Positions 9,102 through 18,771 are shown, numbered from the stretch's first letter. The stretch: DNA of 64,000 bases from Patescibacteria group bacterium (GCA_040387855.1 JAZKCY010000001.1:189857-253856), one strand, 5' to 3'. Notes: generated by a model not told the origin, from the letters alone. Made by a program: numbers and translations.

Positions 9102-9464
9102 ATGGGGAATACAGACTTAATTTTACAATGGTCCAAATTAATATCATTGACTGAGGATCAAGTAGATAAACTACCTCAAGATATTGAAGGTGCTTTTCGT
9201 ATATCAAAAAAAGAGGGTGACGATAGATTCTATGTTGTTTTTATTGGCAGTTCTACAGATTTAAAAAAGGAACTTAAAAAATTGATTGCTGAAAAGAAAA
9301 CTAATTTTTTAGAACATAATGGGGAATTCTCTTTTAGATATGCTCCAGTTAAAGGCGTAGAAATAAGAAAGGCTATAGAGAAGCAGTTATATAGACAATA
9401 TGCTCCAGAATATAACTCAAAAGAACCAGAAAGCTCCTTAGATGTAAAAGCCAATCTAAATTAG
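9102..9464 (+). CDS. hypothetical protein, possibly a degenerate GIY-YIG-like domain
   Basis: 120 aa. The spacing GAFRI...(x9)...YVVFIGSS...DLKKELKK...E...YN is reminiscent of GIY-YIG, but the catalytic Tyr, Arg and His positions are substituted. Its stop is directly followed by the ATG of the next gene. Confidence 0.4.
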   Translation: MGNTDLILQWSKLISLTEDQVDKLPQDIEGAFRISKKEGDDRFYVVFIGSSTDLKKELKKLIAEKKTNFLEHNGEFSFRYAPVKGVEIRKAIEKQLYRQYAPEYNSKEPESSLDVKANLN

Positions 9465-10160
9465 ATGACATTAGTTATAGGATTAAAAGCCAAAGATGGA
9501 GTTGTAATCGCCTCTGATAGCAGAGCAAGTTCTACTATCACTAGTAATGATACTGTTCAAAAGATTTTTAAACTTGGAGATCATAGTGCAATTGGTATTG
9601 CTGGTGATGGTGGTTTGGCAATGTACTTTCTTGATCAAATAAGAGCTGGTTTAAATCATGGAACAGGGATTTCAGATTTGGCTGAACAAGTTAGAATAAA
9701 AGGTAAAAACACCTTCAATGACTTTTTCGAACATTTATTGCCAGATAAAAGACCTTCACTTTCTTTGTTATTAATTGGTTATACCACTGATGGTAAGCCT
9801 GAGATGTACACTCTCCAAAGTGGAGACAATTTTGTGCCGAGAAAAGGTGTTACAGGATTTGAATGTATAGGGGTTCCTTATATTGCAGATTATTTACTTA
9901 ATCGTCTTTATGAATCAGATATAAAAATTGATGCAGGGGCAGAGATGTCGGTTTTGTGTATACAAGAGACATCTTCTCAGGATAGAGGTGTCGGAGGTCC
10001 TACTAGAATTGCAACATTTTCTGCGACTAAACAATTTGAAGAGATGTCCAAATCAGATATCGATAAGCTAAAGCAAAAAGCTGAGCAATTTCAGATTAGT
10101 CAAAAGAATCGTTTCTACCCTGAAGATCCAAATTCTGGTATATCTGCGCCTACAGTATAG
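9465..10160 (+). CDS. Ntn-hydrolase of the proteasome beta-subunit/HslV family
   Basis: Begins MTLVIGLKAKDGVVIASDSRAS, so Thr sits directly after the initiator Met. GVVIASDSRAS matches the proteasome/HslV GxVIAADTRxT block, and Asp17 and a Lys near position 33 are present. It is 231 aa with a ~50 aa C-terminal extension. Confidence 0.65.
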   Translation: MTLVIGLKAKDGVVIASDSRASSTITSNDTVQKIFKLGDHSAIGIAGDGGLAMYFLDQIRAGLNHGTGISDLAEQVRIKGKNTFNDFFEHLLPDKRPSLSLLLIGYTTDGKPEMYTLQSGDNFVPRKGVTGFECIGVPYIADYLLNRLYESDIKIDAGAEMSVLCIQETSSQDRGVGGPTRIATFSATKQFEEMSKSDIDKLKQKAEQFQISQKNRFYPEDPNSGISAPTV

Positions 10161-10440
10161 ATGAAAATTTATGGAGTTAAGTTTGGGAACACTTATAAGC
10201 ATTACTCTAGTAGTTAAGCAGAACCATATGCTTTAGATGTTAGAAGGGAATTAAATCAAAACTAGAGCAATCTGGCTTTAAAGAGATATGGCTTACTAGT
10301 TCTATCCCCAAGCTAATATACAAACAGTATCCGTTGTAGACATTTCAGCAATGAATCTATTTGCATATGTAATTCCTGGGTTTTATCAAATCTACCTAAT
10401 ATAACGAAGACACAATAAAATCGTAAGATTTTAACTCAAC

Positions 10441-10818
10441 CTATTTTACCTTTCTAAATATAGAAAACCATTTCCTAGGTATCTTTTGATGGTGTTCAAG
10501 TAGTCTTGATTCGGTAGTAACAGAAGAAATATTTAATTCCTGTAAGACTTTCGGTTCTAAACTATCTGCAATTGAGCGAAAAGCACAAGCTAGGGTTTCT
10601 GTGGTGATCGTTTGATAATAGAATCGAGAACCCTGCTTACGACACTTTACAAGACCTCTTTTGTATAGCTTATTGATGAGTAGATAAACAGTTGGTCGAG
10701 GAATACAAGTGTCTAAGCTCAGGGAGGATAAACTTTTATTTGAAGAGTTAATCGACTGTAAAACAGCGTTCTCTTTATCTGATAATCCAAGAAGGTTTTT
10801 TTGCTCCTCAGTAAACAT
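10441..10818 (-). CDS. small winged-helix DNA-binding regulator-like protein
   Basis: 125 aa with a helix-turn-wing pattern (PTVYLLINKLYKRGLV...GSRFYY). It is oriented divergently from the RHS gene. Confidence 0.4.
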   Translation of the reverse strand: MFTEEQKNLLGLSDKENAVLQSINSSNKSLSSLSLDTCIPRPTVYLLINKLYKRGLVKCRKQGSRFYYQTITTETLACAFRSIADSLEPKVLQELNISSVTTESRLLEHHQKIPRKWFSIFRKVK

Positions 10819-10985
10819 ATAATTTTAGTTCTAATTAGTGTCGGATTTGCTGACATTTAAATTGTCTCACAAATAATCTTTTTCAAATAGATGAGTTATA
10901 CCCTGTATTACTTTTATAAGTTTTAGTATTAAAATTATTTCTACTTTAATCAAGATATAATCAGATTTTGCAAAATTAGAAAATG

Positions 10986-11013
10986 TTGATAGGAAAGTAT
11001 ACTCAGCTATAAC
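10986..11013 (+). promoter_or_regulatory. candidate sigma70-like promoter for the RHS gene
   Basis: TTGATA, 16 nt spacer, TATAAC, about 45 nt upstream of the GTG start at 11058. Confidence 0.25.
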
Positions 11014-11057
11014 ACCTAGCTATACTTTAGGTATTACTTACTCATCTAATAAATTAA

Positions 11058-14000
11058 GTGAACCAATCATTTTCACGGGAGCGACAGGGAAGAAACTTAA
11101 CAAACGTAATTGTTGGGTTACTTATCCTCTCATTAGTTTTTAGTAGTCCATTATTAACATTTGCTCAAAGTGTTGATGAAGCTCCTAGTCAGGCTCCTGT
11201 TGAAACTCCAACAAACTCACCAGCAGTTGATACAAATACTATTCCTCTTGATACATCTGAAATTCAAAATGCGATAGAATATAACAATAATAATCAGGAG
11301 GCTGCATTAACAGAGTCAGCTGAAGATTCACCACAGTCTTTAGAAGCAGAAGAGGACCAAAATATAATTGCACTTCCTGATGATGAGTTACAACCAGACT
11401 CACTATTGTCAGATACAGAGACAGGTGTAGATCGATTTCGTGATCCTTCAGCAAATGTTATTAAAAATCAAATATCCAGAAATTTGGCTGGTGCACTTAA
11501 TTATTCATACCCAATAGAAGTGCCTCCAGGAAGGACACAGGCTACAACTCCAAATTTGGAATTGCAATATTCAAGTAGTCCCGATCTTGCAAATGTGTTT
11601 GGCTATGGTTGGTCAGTTAACATTCCATATATCGAAAGAGTCGGAAAGAGAGGAACAGATAAGTTATATACAGGCACCGATTTTAATTCTTCTCTTACAG
11701 GAGAATTGGCATCAACTTCGGCAACAACCTATATCTCCAAAATTGATAATGGAGATTTTTTGAATTACACTTTTCAAAATAATATATGGACGGTTACTGA
11801 TAAATCGGGAAATCAATATACGTTTGGTTCAACAACAGCTGCAAGACAGGATAATGTTGCTAGCTCTACACAAGTTTATAAGTGGATGCTTGAAGATTTT
11901 AGAGATACAAATGGTAATTATATTAAGTATCAGTATTCTAAAGATTCTGGACAAATATATCCTTCATCAATTATTTATTCAGGAAATAATACAACAGACG
12001 GGCCATTTGAAGTTGCTTTCAGTCGAGAGTCTCGAGCTGATGTCTCAACTTCAACACAATCAGCGTTCAGTGTTGTTACAAAAGATAGAATTAATGAAAT
12101 TCAAACAAAATTTAACGGTGATTGGGTAAGGAAATATACACTAGCATATAGTACAGGCGATAATACTGTTCGATCCATATTAACCTCAGTGACACAATCT
12201 TCACGGGATGATTTACTTACAGCTACAACTACACTTCCTGCAACCACATTTACGTATTCAACTTCAACATTATCTTATTCACAAAGTTCTGCTTTTCAAC
12301 CTCCTATATCACTTAATGAAGCTTTTACTGATCCCTATTTCATGAACACTGGGGTAACTGATTATGGCTTGAAGATTGTTGATATAAACGGCGACGGATT
12401 AACTGATATTCTTCAAGCATTTGGTGCTCGATACGGTGGTTCTTGGACAGTTGAATATCACGCCTATATAAATAACGGGAATGGGTACACTGATACACCC
12501 TCTTGGTATTCTCCCGTGGATTTTATGATACAGGCTCAGGATGGTTATCGAATTGACACAGGTGTGGTATTTGAAGATATAAATGGGGATAAATTACCAG
12601 ATCTTATTCAGTCAAGTGATGGTACTCATGGTTGTGGTTGTTTTGGTTCCCCTTGGATTGAACCTGTAAAAAAGGTATATATAAATACTGGATCTGGTTT
12701 TGCAACGAGTACCGATTGGGTTATACCAGTTTATTTTGTATACAACGCAACACAACAACATACTAGAGATCTAGGTGTGCGAATGGCTGATGTTAATGGT
12801 GATGATTTACCAGATATTCTTGAAGGCCGCACTTATTCAAATGGTTCAGGAGGTACAACAACAGTTAAAAATGTATTTATTAATACTGGAACAGGTTTCG
12901 CTACATCAACAAGTTGGACTCTGCCTGTAGATTTTGTTGATAGCTGGAATCAAAATCGTGGTAATCCCTACCAAGATCTTGGAGTTAGAATTGTGGATAT
13001 TAACTCTGATGGTCTTAATGATATTGTAGAATCGAGCTGCCTTTCTAATGGATCAGTTTACCGTAAGAAAGCATATATAAATTCTGGTACTGGTTTTGTT
13101 GATGATCCAACATGGCATCCTGCTTTATGTTTTGTTACGAGAGATCCTGCCACACCTAACACTTATAGTCTGGTTAATTACATGGATGAGGGGGTACGAT
13201 TTATGGATATCAATGGTGATAGTCTTGTGGATTTTTATAAAAGTACAACTAACGATGCTACTGCGACCTCTACTGCTTATCTAAATACGGGAAAAGGTTT
13301 TAGTTTGCTTAATTCATGGACCCCTGCAACATCAACAATTTATGCATCGGGAAATGATAGAAATGATCGTGCAACGAGATTTGTTGATATAAATGGTGAT
13401 GGAAGAACAGACGTTTTGCAAGGAAGAGGTGATGTGTATCCTAGTCTAAGATACGCATACTTAAGTGCTTCAACAACTCCAGATTTGCTTATAAAAGTTC
13501 AAGAGCCACAGGGTGGTATGACATCAATGTCATACAAAATGTCTGCTCAATACAATAATGCAACCTCATCAAATCCGAATCTCCCACTTAATGTTCGAAC
13601 TGTTGAAACAATTGCTACTAACAATGCCTTTGGAATAGTGGGTACAACTACATATGCATATAATGGAGGACTCTTCTATTTCAATAATGCATTTGATAAG
13701 AAGTTTGCAGGTTTTGCATCAACAACTGAAACTGATGCTGTTGGGAATCTAACAAAATCTTATTTTCACCAGGGGAGTACGACTGATTCAAGTCATGGTG
13801 AGTATCAAGATGATGCTTCAAAAATTGGTAAAGCTTATCGAATTGAAAAATATGATAATGCCAATAATCTCTATCAGAAAATAATTAATAAGTGGGATAA
13901 GTCTGCTCTTTCTAATGGAGCAAACTTTGTGAAGCTTACCCAAACGATTAATTCTGCATATGATGGAACAGTAAATCATAAAGACAAGGCAGAGCAGTAT

Positions 14001-17000
14001 ATATATAATGATGCCGCTGGAACACTAACTCAAAAAATTCAACTCGGAGAGGTCACGGGTAGTGATGATGGTACCCTCTCGGATACTGGTGCAGATTTAT
14101 TTACAACAACAATAACCTATGCTACCAGCTCTCCTATAATTATTCCTGCTACTGAGATCATGGTAGATCAGAGTTCAGTTAAAGTTGCTGAGGTTCGTCA
14201 TTACTATGATACCCTCTCTTTGGGAAGTGTGACAAAAGGTAATAAGACAAAAATTGAAAAGTGGAAAGTAAGTAGCTCATATGCATCTACCACGCGGACA
14301 TTCAATGCTTATGGTCTTGTAACACAAGAACTTGATCCCCGAAGTAAGGCAACAAACTATGTATACGATATATATAATATGTATCCAGCAACAAGTACAA
14401 ACGCATTAAGTCAATCCACATCATATGTATACAATTACCTAGTTGGTAAAGTAAAACAGGTAACTGACTCTAACGGTTTGGTAAATCAAACTACTTATGA
14501 TGGATTCGGAAGAGTTACAGAAGAAAAGCAACCTGATCTTACAACTCCTTCAACTCTAGTTACAAAAGCAACATATGCGTATACAGACACAGCATTACAA
14601 ACAAGTGTTCATAAGGTAAATTATCTTTCTGCATCAAGCACTACAAATTCCTATAATTACTATGATGGATTAGGTAGATTGATTCAAGAACGAAAATCTG
14701 CAGAGGGAACTAATTATTCAGTCAGTGATACTATTTATAATTCTCTTGGTCTTAAGGCTTCACAATCACTCCCATATTTCTCAACTGGTTCTGCAAGTAC
14801 AACCCCAACGGCAACAACAGCACTTTATACACGGTATACGTATGACCCATTACAGCGAGTGAAAACAGTTGCCAACATTGTTGGTACAACTACAAATACA
14901 TACACACCTTGGGTGGTTCATGTTGAAGATCCTCGATATAAAGCAAAGAACTATTATCGCGATGCATATAATAACCTCATAAAGGTTGATGAAATTGATG
15001 GAGTGACAGGATATGCAACTGAATATCAATATAACGGTTTGGGTAAACTTACAAAGATCACTGATGGACTAGCAAATGTGCGTAACTTTACCTACGATGG
15101 ACTTGGAAGAAGATTAACAGCACAAGACCTTCATGCATCAGCTGATACAACATTTGGAAGTACAACCTATGCATATGATGATGCTGGAAACCTAACTCAA
15201 AAAATAGATGCAAATAATCAGACTGTGAATTATACCTATGATGATCTCAATAGACCACTAACTGAAAATTATACAGGTGCAGTAGGAACTGAAATAAGCT
15301 ACGGATATGATTCTTGTGTTTATGGAGTGGGAAGATTATGTAGTGCTACAACAACTGATGCTATTACTCAATATGAATACAACACTGAAGGATTACAGAG
15401 TAAAGAAACAAAAACTTTAAATGCAGTTAATTATATTACTCAGACTCAATATGATCGACAGGGTAATGTAACAAACATTGTATATCCTGATAGTTCACAA
15501 GTTGCATACACGTATAATACTGGCGGTCTTCTAGAAACAGTCTCACGAAAAGAAAGTACTGATGGAGGATTTACTAATGTGGTGACAAATTATGACTACT
15601 CACCATTAGGTCAGGTTACTGCTATTGCATATCAAAATGGAGTGCAAACTACAAACACTTATGATGCAAATGAACTCTACAGATTAAGAAGTAAAGTAAC
15701 TACAAATGCATCAAGTACCAATCTTCAGAATATTGCTTACACCTATGATGCCGTAGGAAATATCACTGGCATTACAGATACTTCAGCAACAAATGGAGCA
15801 AAGACAGCAGTTTATACTTATGACGATCTTAATCGCTTATCATCAGCAACTGTAACTGCTTCAAGCACCAGTGGAGGTAGTTGGTACAACTCATCATGGG
15901 GATACCGAGTTCCAATAACTGCAAGTTCTTCTAAAGTTCTTGAAGACATTAAGGACGTATATGTACCACTCTCATCATTACCATCAGGTTTCTTTGCAAA
16001 TGCAAAATCAGATAGTTGTGATATTCGAATGACAAAAGCAGATGGTACTACTGAGCTAGCAATAGATTTAGTATCTGCATCAACAACTGGTCAGCTGCAT
16101 TTCTCAACAGGGAATAGTCTCTCAACTTCTTCAAGTACAATCTTCTATCTTTACTACGGAAACCCAAGTGCAAGTTGTTATGCCTCAAATGCTACCTACG
16201 GAGCAAACAATGTGTATGACTCAAATACAAAGGGAGTATGGCATTTAGAGCAAAATTCAGCCTCTACAGGAGCAATTGTAGACTCAACCTCAAATGTTCA
16301 TCATGGAACTATGTATTCAAATTATTCAGCAAATGCAAACGGAACTACAACTGGAAAACTTGGAAGTGCAGCAGTCTTTGATGGTACAAATGACACTATC
16401 GATGTCCCAGACAGTTCAGACTTTGAAGGTGCTGCGACAACTATTGAAGCCTGGGCATACATGGATACACTTCCAAGTGTAAAGGGTGAGAATGAAGTCC
16501 TAGTTACAAAGAAGCATGGATCATCACCATGGAGATCATATGCTGTTATGTTTTCAAATCCTGAAAATAGAACTGATGGTAATTGGAATAATAGTTCAGG
16601 AAGTACAGGATATGCTGGTACCTATGCAGGATCAGTATCAGCAAATGCATGGCATTATGTAACCCTACGACAAAATCCTTCAGATACCTCAAGTGAAGTA
16701 TCTGTGCGAACCAATGCTTCAAATGCTACAACATATACCGCCGATACTGATGGCACTACTTACAATTCAAATGATGCTCTACGTTTTGGTGCAGACTATG
16801 CTGGTGGAGAACGACTTGATGGAAACCTAGATGAAATCCGAATTCACAATGTTGCTCGAAGTGATAATTACATCACTACTCGATACAACAACATGAATGC
16901 TCCTTCAACATTCTGGAGTGTTGGATCACAAACTGCAGCTGCAACATCTTCAAACACAAGTTATACAGAAAACTACACTTACAATATTCTTGGAAACATA

Positions 17001-18281
17001 CTTACTAAGACAGGCGCAGCTGGTACATATGCATATACTGGTAGTTCAACAGGCTATGCAAATCCTCATGCGGTGACTGCGATTGGATCTGATACCTATG
17101 CATATGATAACAATGGAAATCTTACTTCGGCTCCAGGAATCACTAACTTATGGGATTATCGAAATCGATTAACACAATCTGTCGCTACGAGTACCGTGAC
17201 CTATGCGTACGATCATGCTAATAGTCGAATTAAATATTCAGTAGCATCAACTACAACCTCTTATCCAAATAAGTTCTACAATACAACAGGTGCAACCACT
17301 ACAAAGCACATCTTTGATGATAGAGGTCAGATGATCGCTACACTTGAAGGCTCAAATGCAAGTACAACGGTTCATTATACTCATACTGATCATCTTTCTG
17401 GATCAAATGTTATTACGAATTCATCTGGTATCTTAGAACAATTGACGGATTACTATCCTTACGGTAATGTTCGCTTAGATGAAAGGACTGGAGCGTTTAA
17501 TGAGCAGAGGAAGTATGCAGGTAGTGAGTTTGACGGTGATACAGCGTATAACTATATGCAAGCTAGGTATTATGATAGTAATAGTGGAAGGTTTATTTCT
17601 CAGGATTCTATATTTCTTAATATGGGAAATGAAAATGACTTCCTTTCTGATCCTCAGCAACTAAATAGTTACAGTTACGCGAGAAACAATCCATTAAAAT
17701 ACTATGATCCTGATGGTAATCAGACAGTATCGGCTCCTCTTAATGCAGTTTTTCGATTTTCAGGATCAGCTAGTCTTGCGCAATCACTTGCAATGGCCGA
17801 TGCTATTCTTGCTGGGGGTTCAATTGCGGGTGCAATCGTCAGTGCTGGACCTGTGTTAGTGGGAGGGGGTATAACTGCTGTTCTCGTTTATGCTGTTGTT
17901 ACTACACCTTGGACACCATTAAGTCAAAACCAAAGTACTCCTTCGTTTTCTAGTTCTTTATCACCAACAAGTCTTCCAACCGCAAATTCAAATCCTCTTT
18001 TGGGAACTGGTACAACAGCTGATTTTGGTAATTGGTTTAATTCAATAAACTTATCAAAAACAACAATTACACAAAAACCTGGTAATTTTAACGATGCACA
18101 GAGAGATTTTTGGGCAAGAAATCCAGAGAATGTGCAACATCGACCAAATGGTACAATTACTGGAAATTTACCAAATGGTGACAAAATAAATGTAAGACCA
18201 CAAAGTAGTGATGGTCGACCTACAATTGAGATTCAGAAAGAGGGTGGTGGAGTAGAAAAAATAAGATATGGAAATAAATAA
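11058..18281 (+). CDS. RHS/YD-repeat polymorphic toxin (2407 aa), built as signal peptide, SpvB/TcdB-N-like domain, FG-GAP/beta-propeller repeats, YD-repeat shell with an inserted DUF2341/LamG-like module, RHS core with a DPxG motif, and a variable C-terminal domain
   Basis: N-terminal signal peptide; a SpvB-like block (NVFGYGWSVNIPYIERV); seven VDINGDGLTDIL-type repeats; many YD repeats (YTYDGLGRRLT, YAYDDAGNLTQK, YTYDDLNRPLTE...); LDGNLDEIRIHNVARSDNY (LamG); and the RHS core ...RYYDSNSGRFISQDS...NNPLKYYDPDGNQ. Confidence 0.9.
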   Translation: MNQSFSRERQGRNLTNVIVGLLILSLVFSSPLLTFAQSVDEAPSQAPVETPTNSPAVDTNTIPLDTSEIQNAIEYNNNNQEAALTESAEDSPQSLEAEEDQNIIALPDDELQPDSLLSDTETGVDRFRDPSANVIKNQISRNLAGALNYSYPIEVPPGRTQATTPNLELQYSSSPDLANVFGYGWSVNIPYIERVGKRGTDKLYTGTDFNSSLTGELASTSATTYISKIDNGDFLNYTFQNNIWTVTDKSGNQYTFGSTTAARQDNVASSTQVYKWMLEDFRDTNGNYIKYQYSKDSGQIYPSSIIYSGNNTTDGPFEVAFSRESRADVSTSTQSAFSVVTKDRINEIQTKFNGDWVRKYTLAYSTGDNTVRSILTSVTQSSRDDLLTATTTLPATTFTYSTSTLSYSQSSAFQPPISLNEAFTDPYFMNTGVTDYGLKIVDINGDGLTDILQAFGARYGGSWTVEYHAYINNGNGYTDTPSWYSPVDFMIQAQDGYRIDTGVVFEDINGDKLPDLIQSSDGTHGCGCFGSPWIEPVKKVYINTGSGFATSTDWVIPVYFVYNATQQHTRDLGVRMADVNGDDLPDILEGRTYSNGSGGTTTVKNVFINTGTGFATSTSWTLPVDFVDSWNQNRGNPYQDLGVRIVDINSDGLNDIVESSCLSNGSVYRKKAYINSGTGFVDDPTWHPALCFVTRDPATPNTYSLVNYMDEGVRFMDINGDSLVDFYKSTTNDATATSTAYLNTGKGFSLLNSWTPATSTIYASGNDRNDRATRFVDINGDGRTDVLQGRGDVYPSLRYAYLSASTTPDLLIKVQEPQGGMTSMSYKMSAQYNNATSSNPNLPLNVRTVETIATNNAFGIVGTTTYAYNGGLFYFNNAFDKKFAGFASTTETDAVGNLTKSYFHQGSTTDSSHGEYQDDASKIGKAYRIEKYDNANNLYQKIINKWDKSALSNGANFVKLTQTINSAYDGTVNHKDKAEQYIYNDAAGTLTQKIQLGEVTGSDDGTLSDTGADLFTTTITYATSSPIIIPATEIMVDQSSVKVAEVRHYYDTLSLGSVTKGNKTKIEKWKVSSSYASTTRTFNAYGLVTQELDPRSKATNYVYDIYNMYPATSTNALSQSTSYVYNYLVGKVKQVTDSNGLVNQTTYDGFGRVTEEKQPDLTTPSTLVTKATYAYTDTALQTSVHKVNYLSASSTTNSYNYYDGLGRLIQERKSAEGTNYSVSDTIYNSLGLKASQSLPYFSTGSASTTPTATTALYTRYTYDPLQRVKTVANIVGTTTNTYTPWVVHVEDPRYKAKNYYRDAYNNLIKVDEIDGVTGYATEYQYNGLGKLTKITDGLANVRNFTYDGLGRRLTAQDLHASADTTFGSTTYAYDDAGNLTQKIDANNQTVNYTYDDLNRPLTENYTGAVGTEISYGYDSCVYGVGRLCSATTTDAITQYEYNTEGLQSKETKTLNAVNYITQTQYDRQGNVTNIVYPDSSQVAYTYNTGGLLETVSRKESTDGGFTNVVTNYDYSPLGQVTAIAYQNGVQTTNTYDANELYRLRSKVTTNASSTNLQNIAYTYDAVGNITGITDTSATNGAKTAVYTYDDLNRLSSATVTASSTSGGSWYNSSWGYRVPITASSSKVLEDIKDVYVPLSSLPSGFFANAKSDSCDIRMTKADGTTELAIDLVSASTTGQLHFSTGNSLSTSSSTIFYLYYGNPSASCYASNATYGANNVYDSNTKGVWHLEQNSASTGAIVDSTSNVHHGTMYSNYSANANGTTTGKLGSAAVFDGTNDTIDVPDSSDFEGAATTIEAWAYMDTLPSVKGENEVLVTKKHGSSPWRSYAVMFSNPENRTDGNWNNSSGSTGYAGTYAGSVSANAWHYVTLRQNPSDTSSEVSVRTNASNATTYTADTDGTTYNSNDALRFGADYAGGERLDGNLDEIRIHNVARSDNYITTRYNNMNAPSTFWSVGSQTAAATSSNTSYTENYTYNILGNILTKTGAAGTYAYTGSSTGYANPHAVTAIGSDTYAYDNNGNLTSAPGITNLWDYRNRLTQSVATSTVTYAYDHANSRIKYSVASTTTSYPNKFYNTTGATTTKHIFDDRGQMIATLEGSNASTTVHYTHTDHLSGSNVITNSSGILEQLTDYYPYGNVRLDERTGAFNEQRKYAGSEFDGDTAYNYMQARYYDSNSGRFISQDSIFLNMGNENDFLSDPQQLNSYSYARNNPLKYYDPDGNQTVSAPLNAVFRFSGSASLAQSLAMADAILAGGSIAGAIVSAGPVLVGGGITAVLVYAVVTTPWTPLSQNQSTPSFSSSLSPTSLPTANSNPLLGTGTTADFGNWFNSINLSKTTITQKPGNFNDAQRDFWARNPENVQHRPNGTITGNLPNGDKINVRPQSSDGRPTIEIQKEGGGVEKIRYGNK

Positions 18282-18771
18282 AAATAAATCAAATATTCTA
18301 ATGCCAGAAAAATATAGTAAATGGGAACCAATTCAGGGAATCGAATCCGAACTATGGATAGAAGCACTTCACGATGACTACGAAGGCTTGCGAATTATAG
18401 TTAAGGGTACTAATGAGGCTTCGGCTATGTATAGTATACTTTTTCCAAATTATTATACATATCGTAATACTGATGAATCGTATCGACTCAAGCTTTGGGA
18501 AGAAGGTGAGTTTGAAGACCGTAAGTGGTCACTCTTTTTCATTAAAGCATCAAAATTTATAGATTGGGTTCATGAAGAAAGTGATACTCTGTATAAAAAA
18601 GAAGATATGATGCATTACTTGATTAAGACAGGAGCTGATGTGATTGAAGTTGTCACGAATGGTATCGAACCAAAAGTTATAAAACTTCACGAAAAGGTTC
18701 AGTCTGACCTAGAATCTAATTCATTAGTTAGAAGAGGTAAAAGAGGTAGCTATTTTGATAAAATTGATTAA
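18268..18771 (+). CDS. putative cognate immunity protein for the RHS C-terminal toxin
   Basis: 167 aa cytoplasmic-type ORF that overlaps the RHS stop by 14 nt (translational coupling), which is the canonical toxin-immunity arrangement. Confidence 0.5.
   Translation: MEINKNKSNILMPEKYSKWEPIQGIESELWIEALHDDYEGLRIIVKGTNEASAMYSILFPNYYTYRNTDESYRLKLWEEGEFEDRKWSLFFIKASKFIDWVHEESDTLYKKEDMMHYLIKTGADVIEVVTNGIEPKVIKLHEKVQSDLESNSLVRRGKRGSYFDKID

Noticed and set aside
12330-13440. Periodic similarity at the nucleotide level in the RHS gene, considered as DNA tandem repeats
   Set aside because: The periodicity is at the protein level (FG-GAP-like VDINGDGLTDIL repeats with diverged codons), not exact DNA tandem repeats. 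It is already covered by the RHS CDS.
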